NCBI GenBank assembly: GCA_043228905.1
Contig: JBHGNT010000015.1
Location: forward strand, 5,766,001 to 5,830,000
DNA length: 64,000 nucleotides
Source: Azolla caroliniana
Taxonomy: Eukaryota; Plantae; Polypodiophyta
Direction: 5' to 3'
Positions 37,301 through 51,500 of the stretch are shown piece by piece. Position 1 is the first letter of the stretch. Each line of letters starts with the position of its first letter. The notes beneath the pieces were generated by a model that saw only the letters and a list, made by a program, of their open reading frames with translations, made no database searches and was not told the origin of the DNA. The translations under genes and the position numbers were made by a program.

Positions 37301-40300
37301 TCATGGCATTCACCATGTGGGCTACGAAATTTGTCGCAGCTTGGGGTAAGGTGCACATCCTTACCAACCCGATCGGCTTCCTCATTGTCGTTATATCTCT
37401 ACTATCAACGGCCAATTGAAATTAAACATAACCCGAGTAGAGATCACCAATGGAATAGATCGATCTTCCCACGAAGGCTTCGGCAAATTCATCCACGCTT
37501 GGACCAATTTCAGCATTTCGGATCGTCACCTTGTTGACGGGTTGGAGATCTTGTATAAAGCATAAGGACTCATTCTTCTTCGGCACCATAAACCATCTAT
37601 TAGAGTAGGGAGCATTGGATGGCTCAAGAATTCCCATCCTAAACTTTTCCTTTAGAAGCTCAATCAACTTTGGAATGTGAGCTCCTAGAACTGGTATCGG
37701 TTTGAGGTTCCGAGGTACATGCGGCACCGTAAAAATCACCATCGCCTCGCTCTATCATCTTCGGGTCAGCACATCCGATCTCTTGTGGAGAGAAGGCAAA
37801 GGCTTTCCCATGTCTCTCAAGCATTCCGCGTAACATTCTCTCCTCTTCAAGGAGAAGGAAATCTTCCCTTCCAACTTGTAGCTTTCCTTTCGTCTCTTTG
37901 GTGAAGACATGACCTACTGCCTTTGGATCCCTTAAGCTCGGATCATTGGCAACTTCTTTCATCTTCTGCCAGGTATCTTCCGGTAGCGGAACCGCAATTG
38001 GCTTGATCTTCTTATCCACCGTTTTATATTTTGTGTTGACTTCAGCTTCCTCCATCAAGATGCCTCGATGATATTCATCGATGATAGCGTACATGTTGAC
38101 GGAGTTAACCGAAATCACATTTTGATCATGAGGGTAGCTCAAGTCCACGACTTCCTCGATTTCACCGATGGTGTCGTTAAATGAGGCTTCTTCTTCGATT
38201 ATGCTTTCTTCTTTCAGCATCTTCTCGAAGTCTTGTATCTTACGCTTGTGCTTCTTGTTGAGTAGTGTTAGTTTACATGCGCCACTAGGTGTTACACATG
38301 TTGCTTCTCCTTGCGATCCACTTATTTTGCTTTCTTGTGGGGACTTATGATTGCTCGGACTATTTGTGCCCCACGCTTCAATAGTCCGCTCTAAAAATCT
38401 GAGGATTCGCCTCCAAGGCTATCTCGGTTCCTTTCGGGATTAGCCCGTACCGTAAGGAATTGAACAAATCTTTGATTGTCAAGGCTCTTGACTCGCGTGA
38501 AGGCCACTGCATTATCGAACACCTTAGTCTCCATCCGGGACGATGTGATATATGGTTGTCCTAGGATGACGGGATGTGAAGCCGAGTCTTGCACGAAAAA
38601 GTGTTGATCCATCTCCACATCTTCGATCATGACTTTAACATTGGGGCAAGCTCCGTACAGGTCTTCCGTGGCCTTCCTTGTTGCTCGTATCTTCCATCCG
38701 TGGTTTGTGTTGATCGGTCATCTTCCTTTCTTGTAGAATTCGGTCGACATGAGGTTGATCTCCGAACCATGGTCAATCAAGGATACCATAGCCTCCTACT
38801 TCTCTCCGATCTTCACCGACGTCTCCGTTGTTGCTCTTGCCGAATGAGGCCGAGAGTAATGGCTATCCGCCATCACTTGTTCTTCCTCTTCCTCTTCGGA
38901 TCTTGCCATGGTTATGGCACTTGTTTTCACCCCATCTTCATCCGATTGTTGCCGCTTCCGCTTAATCAAGTCCACGATAGTATCATGGAACTCCTTCTTA
39001 GCGATCCCAAGTAGCTCTCTCAACGTAAGGTCGACATGACTGTCTAAAACCTTCTCCCCAAGGACCTTCCGCAAGTTGGTTGTTTGTTCTATGTCCGACC
39101 TTAGCTTATAAGTCGGCGCCACTCGTTCCTTTTCTTTCTTCACAGATTCATCGACTTCCATCTGAGAAGGTTGGCTCGATCAACTGGGCTTCATGCTTGT
39201 TTCTCCTATCTCTTTTCGTGGCGTAGGTTGGGCTTGTCCTTTCTCTGCATTCCTTGTATTGTGACACTTTGAGGTGCCATCTTCTTCACCGGTTCTTTTC
39301 CTCTTCTCTTCGACAAGAGCCTCATAGTTGTCGCACATAACCTCCACAAAGCTTGTGTTATCGTCGATTGGATCCGACCATCCGGTTACTCGTCGCACAT
39401 TCCAATTAGCATGTTTGAGATCCTCCAAATCTATTTTTCCTTTCTTTTCACACTCGAATACCGTTGGCCAAAACCCAACTCCTGGCTTGATCGTCTTTAG
39501 ATTCTCTCTTCCGACTCGTATTCCTGCCGATGCGGCGCAGTGCAGGGCTTCCACATGCCTTGCATCTTCCTCTTCCATGATCTTTTTCAGCCCGCCTCTT
39601 CCGAAGTTCAATCATAGCGGCTTTCGGGTCTCGCTAGAGTGAATCATGTTGCCGTCCAAATAGACGACATTCTTGGGAATCGCGTCTTGTAAGTCAGTGC
39701 AATCCCTTTGTGAGTGCTCGAAGCTATCGCACCACACACATCTATACGCTTCTTTTCCCTTTGGCCCGCGTCAACCTAAGTTGGCCAACGATACCACTTC
39801 AAACTTCTTCCATCACATTCTTCCATCGCTTTCTTGTCGAAATTGTTGATCGGCTTGCTAGGCTCGATCATCATAGGCGCCTTCCTCCTCCACGATTGTG
39901 GATTCTCCATATCAGTTTCCTCTTGCCATTGTTGACGCTTATCAAGACGGCTACAAGCCTTCTTCACCACCGCCCAGTCTGCTACTAAGCCATTCGGTTG
40001 TGTTTCATCCTCCAAAAAGTTGCCCAATTCACGCCGATCTTTCGCATCCACTGCCTTCAGGAATAGTAGGACTTTATCTCCATCAAGAACTCATTGATCA
40101 ACACTCGGAAGTCGGTTATACTTCAAGTCGAATTCGACATATACTCCAGACGCACACATATTCTTCCCTTTCTTCTCGATCCAAGACATTAGCGTATGTT
40201 GAGTCATCCGTGATGCGTCTTCAAGCATGTGTTCAACGAGAAGCACCTTTTCAAACTCCGCCCAAGTTGCATGCTCGTTTTGGATCTCCATGACGCACTC

Positions 40301-41933
40301 GCGGATCCGTGGTTCCACCACACATTTGAAGCTAGAAATTTGTTTGAGATCATTGACATCCCTTTGTTGCATCTCGTTCCGATAGGTAGCAAGAAAATCC
40401 GTGATGTTCTTGCCACCAAATCGTCCAGCTATCTCGACCGTACGATCAACAGCTTTGGCGATTAATGCTTCTCGATATCTCACCTTCAGCATGTATTCCA
40501 CTACGGACACCATGGCTTTCGTTAATTCCTCTCCTTGAGTTCCGCTTGTGGAAGCCATCGTTGCACTTGATATCCTCCCTACCGCCTCTTTCACGTCGGG
40601 TTCACCACTTAATTATGTCATGAAAATTCGTCACTATGTGCGGATCGTGAGACGGAACCGCGGGGGTTCTGAACTAGAAGGATTTAGAGCAACATGTACA
40701 ACACAAGCAAGTTTTAAGCATAAGACAAGTGGGAGAGCCAAATCATTAGTTTATTGCAAAAGAAAATCGATTCTTTATCATTTAAGAATTGTGTTACAAT
40801 GGGTTGGGTTTGGAAATGAGAGATTAATTTTTCAAATAAAGGAGCCAACAACGATGCAAGGAGTGGTCCGATATGAATACGAGAGATAATTTTTGACCAA
40901 AAAGATCAAGTAAACAAAGCTAGGAGTTTGATATCAATATGTGAGATAATTTGTTTCTCGAATCCGAGAGAGAAGAAGAAGGAAGAAAAAAAAAACAAGG
41001 AGGGAAAAAATGGGACATATATCAAGCTCCTCGTTGCTCCTCCTCCCCAATGTTACTTTGCATGCCCACTTTTAGTTGGATGGCCTCTATTTTTAGTTGT
41101 ATGGCCTCTGCTTTTAGTTGCATGCTTCCATTTTTCGATGCATGCCTTTTACTTTTAGTTGCATGGCCTTGGCTTTTGGTTGCATGCGATTGTCCGTATC
41201 ATCCATAAAGTTTAGCCCGTGCGCAATTCGTATGTGCGTCGCAACCAAACCGTAGATGCGTCCGCGCGCAAAAGTCTCGACCGCGTAGTAGTGTACGCAT
41301 CCGCGCATGCGCGCGCGTCCAACCTGCACCGTCTACGAATCCACGCGCAAAAGTCTGAACCGCACTCTAGTATACGCATCCACGCATGCACGCGTGCGCA
41401 CACACGCGTCTGTCCGAAACATCCACGCGTACGTCCACGCATGCGCGTGCGCACATACGCGTCCGTCCGGAACGTCCACGCATACGCCCGAAACTTGCGC
41501 ACGCGCGTACAGCCGAACACGTCCATGCACGCGTACGTCCAAAAATGTCCACAGGGCCATGCACATGCACATACGCTCAAAGCGTTTCGTGCACACACGC
41601 GTATGCCTGAAGCGTGCATACCACATAGTGTAGCCCAAGTCACCTTAAACATTCTATGCTCCACACATCGAGAGAATGAATATGTTTTGGTTTCCCTTAT
41701 ATATTCTGGGTTCCAATGTTGTCCTATCTATGTGGGATATCCCACCGTTTTGTCTTGTCTTTTCTTTTTCTTCAAACTTCACACTCACATAGCTTGATAC
41801 TGGTTTATCCGTTTCATGCGTAGTAAAATACGTTATGAAACTCTTTAAGACATCTATCTATATGAATACATTAAGCTAATCTTAAATAAATGTTGTAGAA
41901 GTTTTCATATCGTGTGTGGAAAACCACACGACA
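34378..41933 (-). mobile_element. Gypsy-2b, TSD ACGT
   Basis: ACGT at 34374-34377 and 41934-41937. 5' LTR 40616-41933. 3' LTR truncated near 35048 (PPT lost). RT PFLDDIPIKG. Confidence 0.93.
40590..40607 (-). promoter_or_regulatory. tRNA-Trp PBS
   Basis: Identical 18-mer and identical 8-nt spacer as in Gypsy-2a. Confidence 0.85.
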
Positions 41934-44019
41934 ACGTCATATGATGTGAGGCACCGGAATCGACGAACCACACGTCTTCCAAATTGGAGGTGGTTGTGGA
42001 GTCGGAGGCCAACATAGAGTTCTCTCTATGCCTCATTACGAATAGTCCGCCGTATTCGGAGTTGGTGGCGTAATTCGTGAGTTGTCAACTTGTCAAGGCG
42101 AACTCGCTTCTTCTTTTTCGGCACTCCTTTCGATGGCCAATTTTTCCGCAATACTTGCAAGTTGCGGGCCTCCTTGGCCGACCTTGTTTAGCATGGAAGC
42201 TTCCCCTTCTTCCGAAGGTTCCTCGATGGTTTCCGTGAAGGTTTGAGTTCCCTTCGTGTGATGGGCTGAATTAGCCTCTTCTACTACCGTGACCTCGTTC
42301 TTAGCCACCGTCCGAACTTGAGAAGAACATTTTTCCTTCCAACACCTTCGTCTTGGTTTGGAAGTGGTTCTCTTCAACCAATGACATTGATTGGAGGTCG
42401 AAGAACGAAGGAGGGTTTTCTCTCACCAAGATTGCCGTCTGTAATGGATCGAATCGTTGTGCGAGGCCGCCCAAGCATATTTGAACCATCTCTTCTTCAT
42501 CGACATTTATGTTGATGGAGCCAAGCGAGTCGCAAATGCTCTTGATTTTGGTGTAGTCCGACATAGACATATCGTTTTGCCCAATGTTGTTCAACTCTTG
42601 TCGGAGTTGAAGCTTTCAAGCGGTCATGTTGGCGGCGAACATCTTCTTCAAGTTCCCCCACGCCTCTTTAAGCACCTTGGCGTCTCGAATGTGGCTAAAT
42701 ATGTGATCGTCAACACATGTTGCCAAGTAATACATGACTCGACTAGCCGCTTGCTCCCATGTTGTGTAGTCGGCGAGTCGGGTTGATTTTCTTGTGTTCC
42801 ATTGATGTAGCTCCAATACCCTTGGTCGGCGGGGTATTGGGTCATCTTGTACTCCCAAGATGAATAATTGCTCCGGTCTAGCTTTTCACTCGGTAGCGAG
42901 CTACCCATTTGTGTGTTCATTTTGATGTAGTGTCTTCCTTTTTCGATTTCCTTCCCTCGATCACATACTCGTGCTACGTAATGGCACTATGGTAGAGGAC
43001 AACCAGAATTTGTCGTTGGCATTTCAAACACACAATTACGAAGAGTTGGGTGGACTTAGTGGATGTGCTAAACCACACGTTATGATACCATGTTAATAAT
43101 TAGGTAATTAAGTAAGGGTTAATTAGTACCTAATTATGTGATGAAGTTAAGCAGAAGATTAAGTGATATATGTTTGTGTATGTGTGTGAGAGGAAGAGAG
43201 AGAGAAGTACACTTATGAGCAACACAAGATGGGGGATGATTAACTGTATATTAAATTAGCAACATCATCATCAAATACAAAAATACCCACAATGAGGTAA
43301 TATAGATCTCATGTGCAAGGGCGCACATGTGTGAGGAGAATATAGGTACAAGGGCGTAAGTCCTATATTAAATGTACTTGGGAGTGGAGGATCTAGAATA
43401 TCCCACTTAAGTACAATGTCATATTTAAGGTGTTATAGTCAACACTTCTAACTAGATTCTATCTATAGGTAACTACAAAGTTACATGGTTGACTAACTAA
43501 CTAAACTAAGTTGAGCTTGATCTCTCAACAAATAACTTCTGGCAAAGAAATAGGATAAGGTCAGAAAAATAGTCATAACATCATGTCGTGATGTAAACAT
43601 ATCATGGCCAAACATTAATCGATATTATGATCTCACGTGAATACCCCTCTAGACGTATGAGATGAGGTTCAAGATCAGGTTACTATGGTAACACAAAAGT
43701 GTTTTAAAAACCATGGGGGTGACAAATGAATGTCTTTCCCTGATCTCTATATCGATTTGTTCATGTATGTTTGTCATGAATAGTTTAAACACGAAAAAGT
43801 GTTAACAGTAAACTATGTCTCTGTGCCCACACATGTGGTTTGGGCTCTTTAAGTCCTATTACAAGGACCCCGAAGTGCACTTAGACCTAAAGTCTAAACA
43901 TGTCTTATAATCAAGTTATATGTATCAACAATGTTGTATGGTATTGGTCATATTTGAACTCGAGACCTGTACGAGACGATCGACAGAGCAGAAATACTCA
44001 CGGGGGTATTAGAGTTAGA

Positions 44020-45577
44020 ATGGAAACTTCTTAACAGAAAGGAGGAGGCCACCATCCGGCAGTGAGTCGATGTAAGTGTCCTTCAACATGTGGCGAACGA
44101 CACAAATGCCCATGAGATGTGGCAGAAGCTATCGGGTCTATATGAGAGGAAGAATGCCCTCAAGAAAACCTCACTGATGAGAAAGATCGTACGGCTGAAA
44201 TATAGAAACGGTGAGAGCATTGTTGAACACATTAGCACATTCATGGGGTATGTAAACCAACTTGCCACAACCAAGTTCCCCTTGATGATGCTATGCAGGC
44301 CATCCTACTGATGTGCAAACTGCCAGACAATTGGGAGAACCTGGTGGTTACTCTCAGCATCTCTTGTCAGAAGAGAACTTGTCTTTAAAAGCGGTGAAGA
44401 TAAGCATCCGGAACGAGGAAGCGAGAAGGAAGTACAAGGGTGTCCTAGTCCAGTCGGAGTCGAATTTGACTCAATGTCCTGTAGAGGAAGAAACCGGTGA
44501 AGGAGTCCACCAAGGAGAGAAAAGTCTCAAGACAGGTCGAAGTTCAGAGGAAAGCTCGTGTGCTTTTATTGTGGAAAGCCTGGACATTTCCAGAAGGGCT
44601 GTCGACACCTTAAAAAGGAAAAGAGTGTCGGTAATAATGTCGAACCCAGGAAGATTCCTGAAGAAAAGTACACTTTAGCCATTGCTACGAGCAATGAAGA
44701 ACTTTTGTTCATTTGCGAACAAACAAGTGCAAATCTTGCAAGCGAAGAATGCACTTGGGTGATCGACTCCGACGCATCCTTTCACATAACTCCGTCGAGA
44801 GAGTATTTCTCGACTTACATAGTTGGTGATCATGGTTATATAAAGACGAGTTACAGTGGGGAGTGCAAGATAGACGAGATCAGAAGCATCTGCCTGACGA
44901 CGTCGACAGGGTGTCGACTGACTTTGAAGGATGTTCGACACATCCCTAATATCAGATTGAAGAGATATCAACTGGAAGATTGGACGAAGAAGGCTACAAT
45001 GGTAGTTTTCGGAATGGTAAGTGGAAGTTCTGTCGAGGAAATCTTATATTGGCCTGAGCATAGAAGGAAGGCACATTGTATATGATGCGAGCCCGACTGT
45101 GCAAGTTGGAAGTGAATGTGGCAGCCGACTCGGCAGGAAAGATATGGCATAAGAGGCTAGGCCACATGAGTGAGAAGGGACTGCATATATTGGCCGATCA
45201 GAAGCTTCTACCAGAAGTAACGGGAGTGCACCTGGTGAAGTGCATCGACTACTGAGTTGGAAAGCAAAACAGAGCAACATTCCACACACGACGACCTAGA
45301 AGAAGAGAAGCTGCACCTGGAACTGGTACACACGGATGCTCCGTCGCATCGAGTCGGACAATACTTTGTGACTTTCATCGATGACTACAATCGGAAGTTG
45401 TGGGCTTTCGTACTAAGGATCAATTACTATAATTTTTGAAGGAGTTCCATGCAAGAGCTGAATGGGAATTAGGTCAGAAGTTGAAGGTTGTCTGAACTGA
45501 CAATGGTGGTGAATATATGGCAAGGCCCATGGTATTCAAATCAAATACACGGTACCGAAGACCCCTGAGTTGAATGG
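44020..45577 (+). mobile_element. Tnt1/Tork-like Copia remnant (gag-PR-partial IN)
   Basis: EMWQKLSGLYE, CFYCGKPGHFQKGC, WVIDSDASFH, WHKRLGH, FIDDY, KTPELNG. Confidence 0.87.
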
Positions 45578-48500
45578 TCTCGTGAACATATGCCACGGAG
45601 GAAGGTAGGGATTGAACCCAAGACCTCATGGTCTCTATTCGGCAACCCTAGTACCAAATCAAACTTCATGTAGTGTAGATTGAACATTGGAAGTTCCTAG
45701 CTTGCATGCATTCTCATTTCTAGCTTGCACACATTCTCATGCATTCTCTATTGCATGCATCCTCATGCATACTCTATTTCTAGTTGTCTTACATAGCCCT
45801 ACCTTCTTGTATAAATACTTAGGTGCACCTTGATTCTAATCAAGGTGAACAACACCAGTTATGGATTCTATAAGTGAGTTCTTGTTCTTTTCCTCTCTCT
45901 TGTTTTCTAGTCTTGTCTTCGCTATGCTCTATTATACTTGTCCATGACAGTTCAACCATGCTTGGTTCCAACCACTAACTGAAGCCCAACGCCAACATTG
46001 TTAGGACAATGAACTCTATCTCTATTGTGGCAACCCCAGCCATGTCATCCGCCATTGCCCAGTGCGAGGCCCGCGTCACCAATTCCATCGTGCACGTCTT
46101 GCGAAGGTTCATCGACAATAGGAAAATGACCAAGTCCGGCTGCCGTTGGATGCTTCCCGTTACTCACCTTCTCCATGCTCCAACAAGTTCGTTCCGCCAT
46201 TTGGAGAGTTTTCTTTGATAGTAAGTCTTTGTTTTGGTTCGACTTCAATACATTCTCATGCCTTGCTCGACTCCGGAGCATCTACTTGCTTTATAGATAA
46301 ATCGTTTGTTTGCACACATAATATCCCCACCGACCACACATCACAACCCATATCTATTGAAGGGATCGATGGTCGGGTTCTCTCTTCAGGGGCGGTTATT
46401 GAAGCCACTATCCTATTGGTACTTCAAGTCGGCACACATAAGGAGGAACTGATGTTCTACCTTGTAACAACCCCTCGACATCCGGTTGTGTTGGGGTTAT
46501 CTTGGTTGGAGACACACAATCCGACGATGGATTAGTGTAACCGCTCCATCACAGTTCCAGTAAGGCCAATTCCAGCTAGGTCTCGACACTATTGATTCCA
46601 TTACTGTCGAGTCCGGTTTGGTCGCTACACTAGCCGTTGTGTCAAGGGACGTCACCGTTCCTGTTAACAATTTACCTGTCTGATATAGTGACTTTTCCGA
46701 CATCATCGAAAAGCGGAATGTCGATCGGTTACCCACTAATCGTCCCTACGATTGCCCAATCGAATTCGAAGTTGGTGAGCGTCCCCCATTCGGTCCTTTC
46801 TATGGGTTATTTGAACCCAAACTTGAGGCTCTCCGCACATATCTAGCTGAGAATCTCGCAAAGGGCTTCATTCAACCCTCCAAATCACTTGCCGGGACAC
46901 CAATCTTATTTGTCGAAAAGAAGGATGGATCCTTATGCTTATGTGTGGATTATCGAGGTGTCAACAAAGTTACGGTGCATAATCGTTACCCCCTACCCTT
47001 AGTTCCAACACTCCTCGATCGACTCCGAATTGGGCATATCTTCTCGAAAATCGACCTTCGGGGCACTTACAATTTGGTGTGCATCAAGCCTGGGGATGGG
47101 TGGAAAATGGCTTTTCAGACGCGCTATGGACATTTTGAGTACAAAGTGATGCCATTCGACCTTACTAACCCTCCGGCCATCTTCGAACACATGATGAACG
47201 ATATTTTTCGAGAGTATCACGATCATTTCGTGGTCATCTACCTTGATGACATCGTAGTTTTTTCTTCCAACTGGGAGGAGCACACACACCACGCCCATCT
47301 GGTTCTCACCAAACTCCGGGAATATGGGCTCTTTGCCAAAAGTGAGAAATGCAAATTCAATCAGACCTCTGTTGAATTCCTGGGTTACATGATCTCACCT
47401 ACCAGGATCACCATGGATGAACGCAACCATGTCCGACAGAAAGATCTGTCTGTGGCCGATTACACGACCCCAATCAAGGAGATCCACGACTCTCTTGCCT
47501 CCATCAACATGAACATCAAGGAGGAAAAAATGGTGCAGGTTTGACTTGGTGGGTTAGCGTCAAAGATCGGAGCATTCCAGATGGCAGTCTACACAAGGGA
47601 GATTACGTCTTCATTCTTCGAGTTTCAATCGATGTTGCTTGTGGAGGAAAATCACGTGGGTGCGTCAACAAGTACACACACCGACAACAAGATGTTGTAA
47701 ACAGAGGACGATAGGCCCCGTAGTCGTCGCGGACGAGGCAGATCGATGCGCAATGGAGGCGGCCGAAAAGAACAGAATGTGAGGTATAATCGAAATGCCG
47801 GAAGCAGGGGGAGTCACAGCGGCATTGGAAGCTGACAAGAGAAGGCCACGACGGAATGCTGGTACTGTGGCAAGAAAGGTCACAAGGAGAGCGAGTGTTG
47901 GAAGAAGAGAGCCGATTTGGACAAAGCTGAATCGAGCGAAAGAGATGTAGGAAGGCGTCAGAATCGCACTACGCCGAAGGCTCCGAACGAGCCGGATATG
48001 GATTGGGCCCAACGTTCGTAATGAAGCAAAGGCCAATTCGATGACCGTGAACACCTCGAAATTGAGCGAGGTGTGGTATGTTGATTCCGGAATGTTAAAT
48101 CATATGACGCGTCATGAGGAATGGTTCTCGTATTTGGAGAAACCAGATAAACAAGGAGTGGTCGAAACGGGAGACAACACTCTGCATACCATCGAACATC
48201 TCGAAGAAGTTCCTCTTAGCCACGTCGGGCAGAAAGGGAAACTTATGAACGTGTTGCACGTCCCAAAAATAACCAAGAACCTGGTGTCGGTCGGTCAGAT
48301 CATCGATCAGGGGAAGCAAGATTGAAGAGGAAGGGAAAGTTATCGCGCAAGGGCGACGTGAAGGGAGGATGTTTATCCTCGACACCAATCAAGTCAGAAC
48401 CACGTTGTTCACGAAAGGACAAAAGGTCGAGTCAGACATTGACTTGTGGCACAAGCAGTTCGGCCACGTTAACTTCCCACGACTTTGTCAAATGCAAACA

Positions 48501-51500
48501 AAGAACATTGTTTTCAACTTGCCGAAATTTCGGGCCCGTAATGGCCAAGTCTAAGAAGCTTGCCAACTCTGGACGCAATACTGACTTCCATTCCCCAATG
48601 AGCGTAATCGAAGTCAAAATCCACTGGATTTGATCCATTCAGATGTGTGGGGACTGGCACAGAATGTGAGTCTTGGTGGAAGCCGTTACTTCGTAACCTT
48701 CATCGATGACTTCACTTAGCACACCTGGGCATGCTTGATCGGGAAAAAGAGCGAAGTTTTCGCATGGTTCCTGAAGGTGAAAACCTTGTAGAAAGGGAAA
48801 TAGGGCGTAAGATCAAGTGCCTATGGTCCGATGTCCACGAGTGATCTACAAAAGGATGAAATTTGATGTGAATTCCTGTGTAGATATACGCCTCTGAGTG
48901 ATGAGGATATCAGAGGTCTGATAGAGAGTTCGATCTCATTTTGGCTCAGTGGGCCAAATGAGGGGTTGGGCCGAGATCACCGACCAAATGAAGAGCCGGC
49001 GAGTAGTGGAAACTCAGCCGTGTTGTCCCCGTGTAAAGAACCGAGGAGACGGTTTATGCGTAAAGAAAAAGGGAAGAAAAAAATCGGAGCAAATCTGAAT
49101 TTGGGCCAATCGAGAAGGAACCTCGACGGAAGGGGTCGAAATCGACCGAAAAGGTCGTGAAATTAGGTAATCACGAATTACGCCGATCTACCCGCCTGAA
49201 GAACTCCATAAAAAGGTACATGTACAATGAATACATGGCGCATCATTACGCGTACATGACACAAGTGGCGGAAGTGCGTGAGCCGGGTAGCTATGTAGAA
49301 GCGACGGAAGACGCAAATTGCCGTGCCGCGATGGAGGAAGAGATGCGTGCATTATCGGACAACAAGATTTGGGACCTGGTTGACGCACTTAAAGGTGTTA
49401 AGCCGATCGGATGCAGATGGGTGTTTAAGGTGAAATACAACATCGACGACTTGGTCAACCGATATAAGGTCCGGTTGGTTGCGAAAGGCTACGTGTAGAA
49501 GCACGACATTGATTACGACGAGACCTTCGTGCCTGTCGTGAAGATGACTACCGTGTGAGTTCTGCTAGCCAAAGCTGCAGTGAAGGGGTGGCATCTACAT
49601 CAGATGGATATGCAACGGTTGCGTAGAATGGGGTTTACAACGTCCAAATCAGACTCCTCGTTGTTTGTTCGGGAAGGTTGACATGGACCGGTTTGTCTTT
49701 TACTTTATGTGGATGATTTAGTCATCGCCGGTGCCAACCTAGAAGAAATCAGCTGCGTAAAGTCTTAGCTTGCGGCATCGGTCAAAATGAAGGATCTTGG
49801 CGACCTTCATTATTTCCTCGGGATCGAAGTGATCTGTTCCCCCAAAGGCATATTGATCAGTCAACGTCATTACGCGCTGAATATGCTCTTCAAGTTCGGG
49901 ATGGTAGATTGTAAGCCCATCTCAACCCCTCTGGATAGAAACGTAAAGCTTCACCGAGATTCGGGAAAGGCGTGCGACCCGACACCGTTTTGACAGATTG
50001 TCGGAAGCCTCATCAACTTGACGATCACTCAGCCGGACCTCAGCTATCCAGTCGGAATGACCAGTCAATTTATGTCGCAGCCCACGCCCGAACACTTTTA
50101 GTGCACGCAAATGATATTATGATATGTTAGCAGCACGAAAGACATGGCGTTGTTGTATCGTGCTGACATAGCCGAGCAGTTAGTCGGCTACATGGATGCC
50201 GATTGGGCCGGAAATGCCCAGGATTGTAGATCCACATACGGATATGCATTCTCATTGGGAAGTGCGGTGATCGCGTGGAGCAGTAAGAAGCAACTGACAA
50301 TAGCATTGTCAAGCACAGAGACCGAATATCGAGGGGCAACTGTGACTACGTGCGAAGTCATTTGGCTGAAACGGCTATTACGGGTTCTGCACATAGAGGT
50401 GTCTGATCCAACGACGATCTACTGCGACAACCTCAGTAGCATCCACCTTGCAAAAAACCTTGTATTCCAGGCTTGGACTGCACCTTGAGGTGCACTACCA
50501 TTGCGAGCGTGTCCTTTCTAGTGAAGTCGAACTAGCGTATGTTCCGATGGGTTGGCAGATTGCCGACATCTTCACGAAGCCCCTTGGTCTCGACAAGTTA
50601 CGACATTTCTCGGTTGAGCTGGGTTTGCGGCAGCTCGACACGCCAAACTTGAGGGGGAGATAGGAACAGGCACAGGAGTGTGACAGGTGTTGTAGTAACC
50701 CAATGCCGAATCTGATGAAGAATTCGATTTCGGGCCGGCTGAAGAAGCTGAAGAAGAAAACAAGGGCCGTAATCGCAAGGAAGAGCCAAAGACAACCGAA
50801 CAAAGGGGAAACATAGCCAAGAAAGGTGTAAAGGCCAAGACTAAGGCATGGTCGGATGTAGTTAAGGGCTTGAAGATAGCAGACGAATTGGAGACAGTCA
50901 ATTCGGGTGAAAGCGGGAATGAATCGGAAATGTTCGATTCGGATATGTAGAATCAACTGAGGGCCAAGCGGAGAAAAGGGCAGCGAAAGAGGTGCCAACA
51001 CCGCAACAACAAAGGAGCTAAGAAAGGCTGCATGAGCAAAGAAGCCAACCGGAAGGGTCGAACCGCGTGGAATTGAACGGGTCGAGGAGCGTGAGCGAGG
51101 CGTGAAGCCAGGAGAGGCCAGAGCGAAGATCTGGAAAAGCATATCGAATCTCAAGTTGAGCTTGAGGGGAAGCGTTGAGAGACAAGCTCAACATTGGGAG
51201 CGTAAACGGGTGCGTAACCCAGTGCGTACACAAGGTGCGTAAAACCGTATGCAAAATATGGCCGTAGCGGTATGTAAACCGAGAGTCCGTTAGAATGTTA
51301 TTCTTCACAATGAATAATTTTGGGGGTAAGTGTAGGATGCTCATTTATGAGCAATCAAGTACTGTAAGTACTTGTGTCAGCCCGATAGTCAAGGCTTGTA
51401 TAAAAGGTGCTCATTGAGCACCAAGTATGTACACAAAGAACATACAAAGAATTATTTTTGAATATAGTTACATTTTCGACTCTTTCTCTCTCTCCCTCTC

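Larger units (their letters stand above)
32175..43530 (-). mobile_element. Copia-D, two LTRs, RT/RH deleted, interrupted by Gypsy-2b
   Basis: LTRs 32175-32576 and 43091-43530. Flanks GATAA/AATAA. PBS ending 43090. gag EKLDRSNYSSW, PR WFVDSGASHHM, IN. Jumps from the RT start (WVKA) to the pol end near 32720. Confidence 0.9.

Noticed and set aside
43536-44019. Possible LTR and degenerate PBS of the Tork remnant, or leader of the old Gypsy
   Set aside because: Too degraded to place boundaries.
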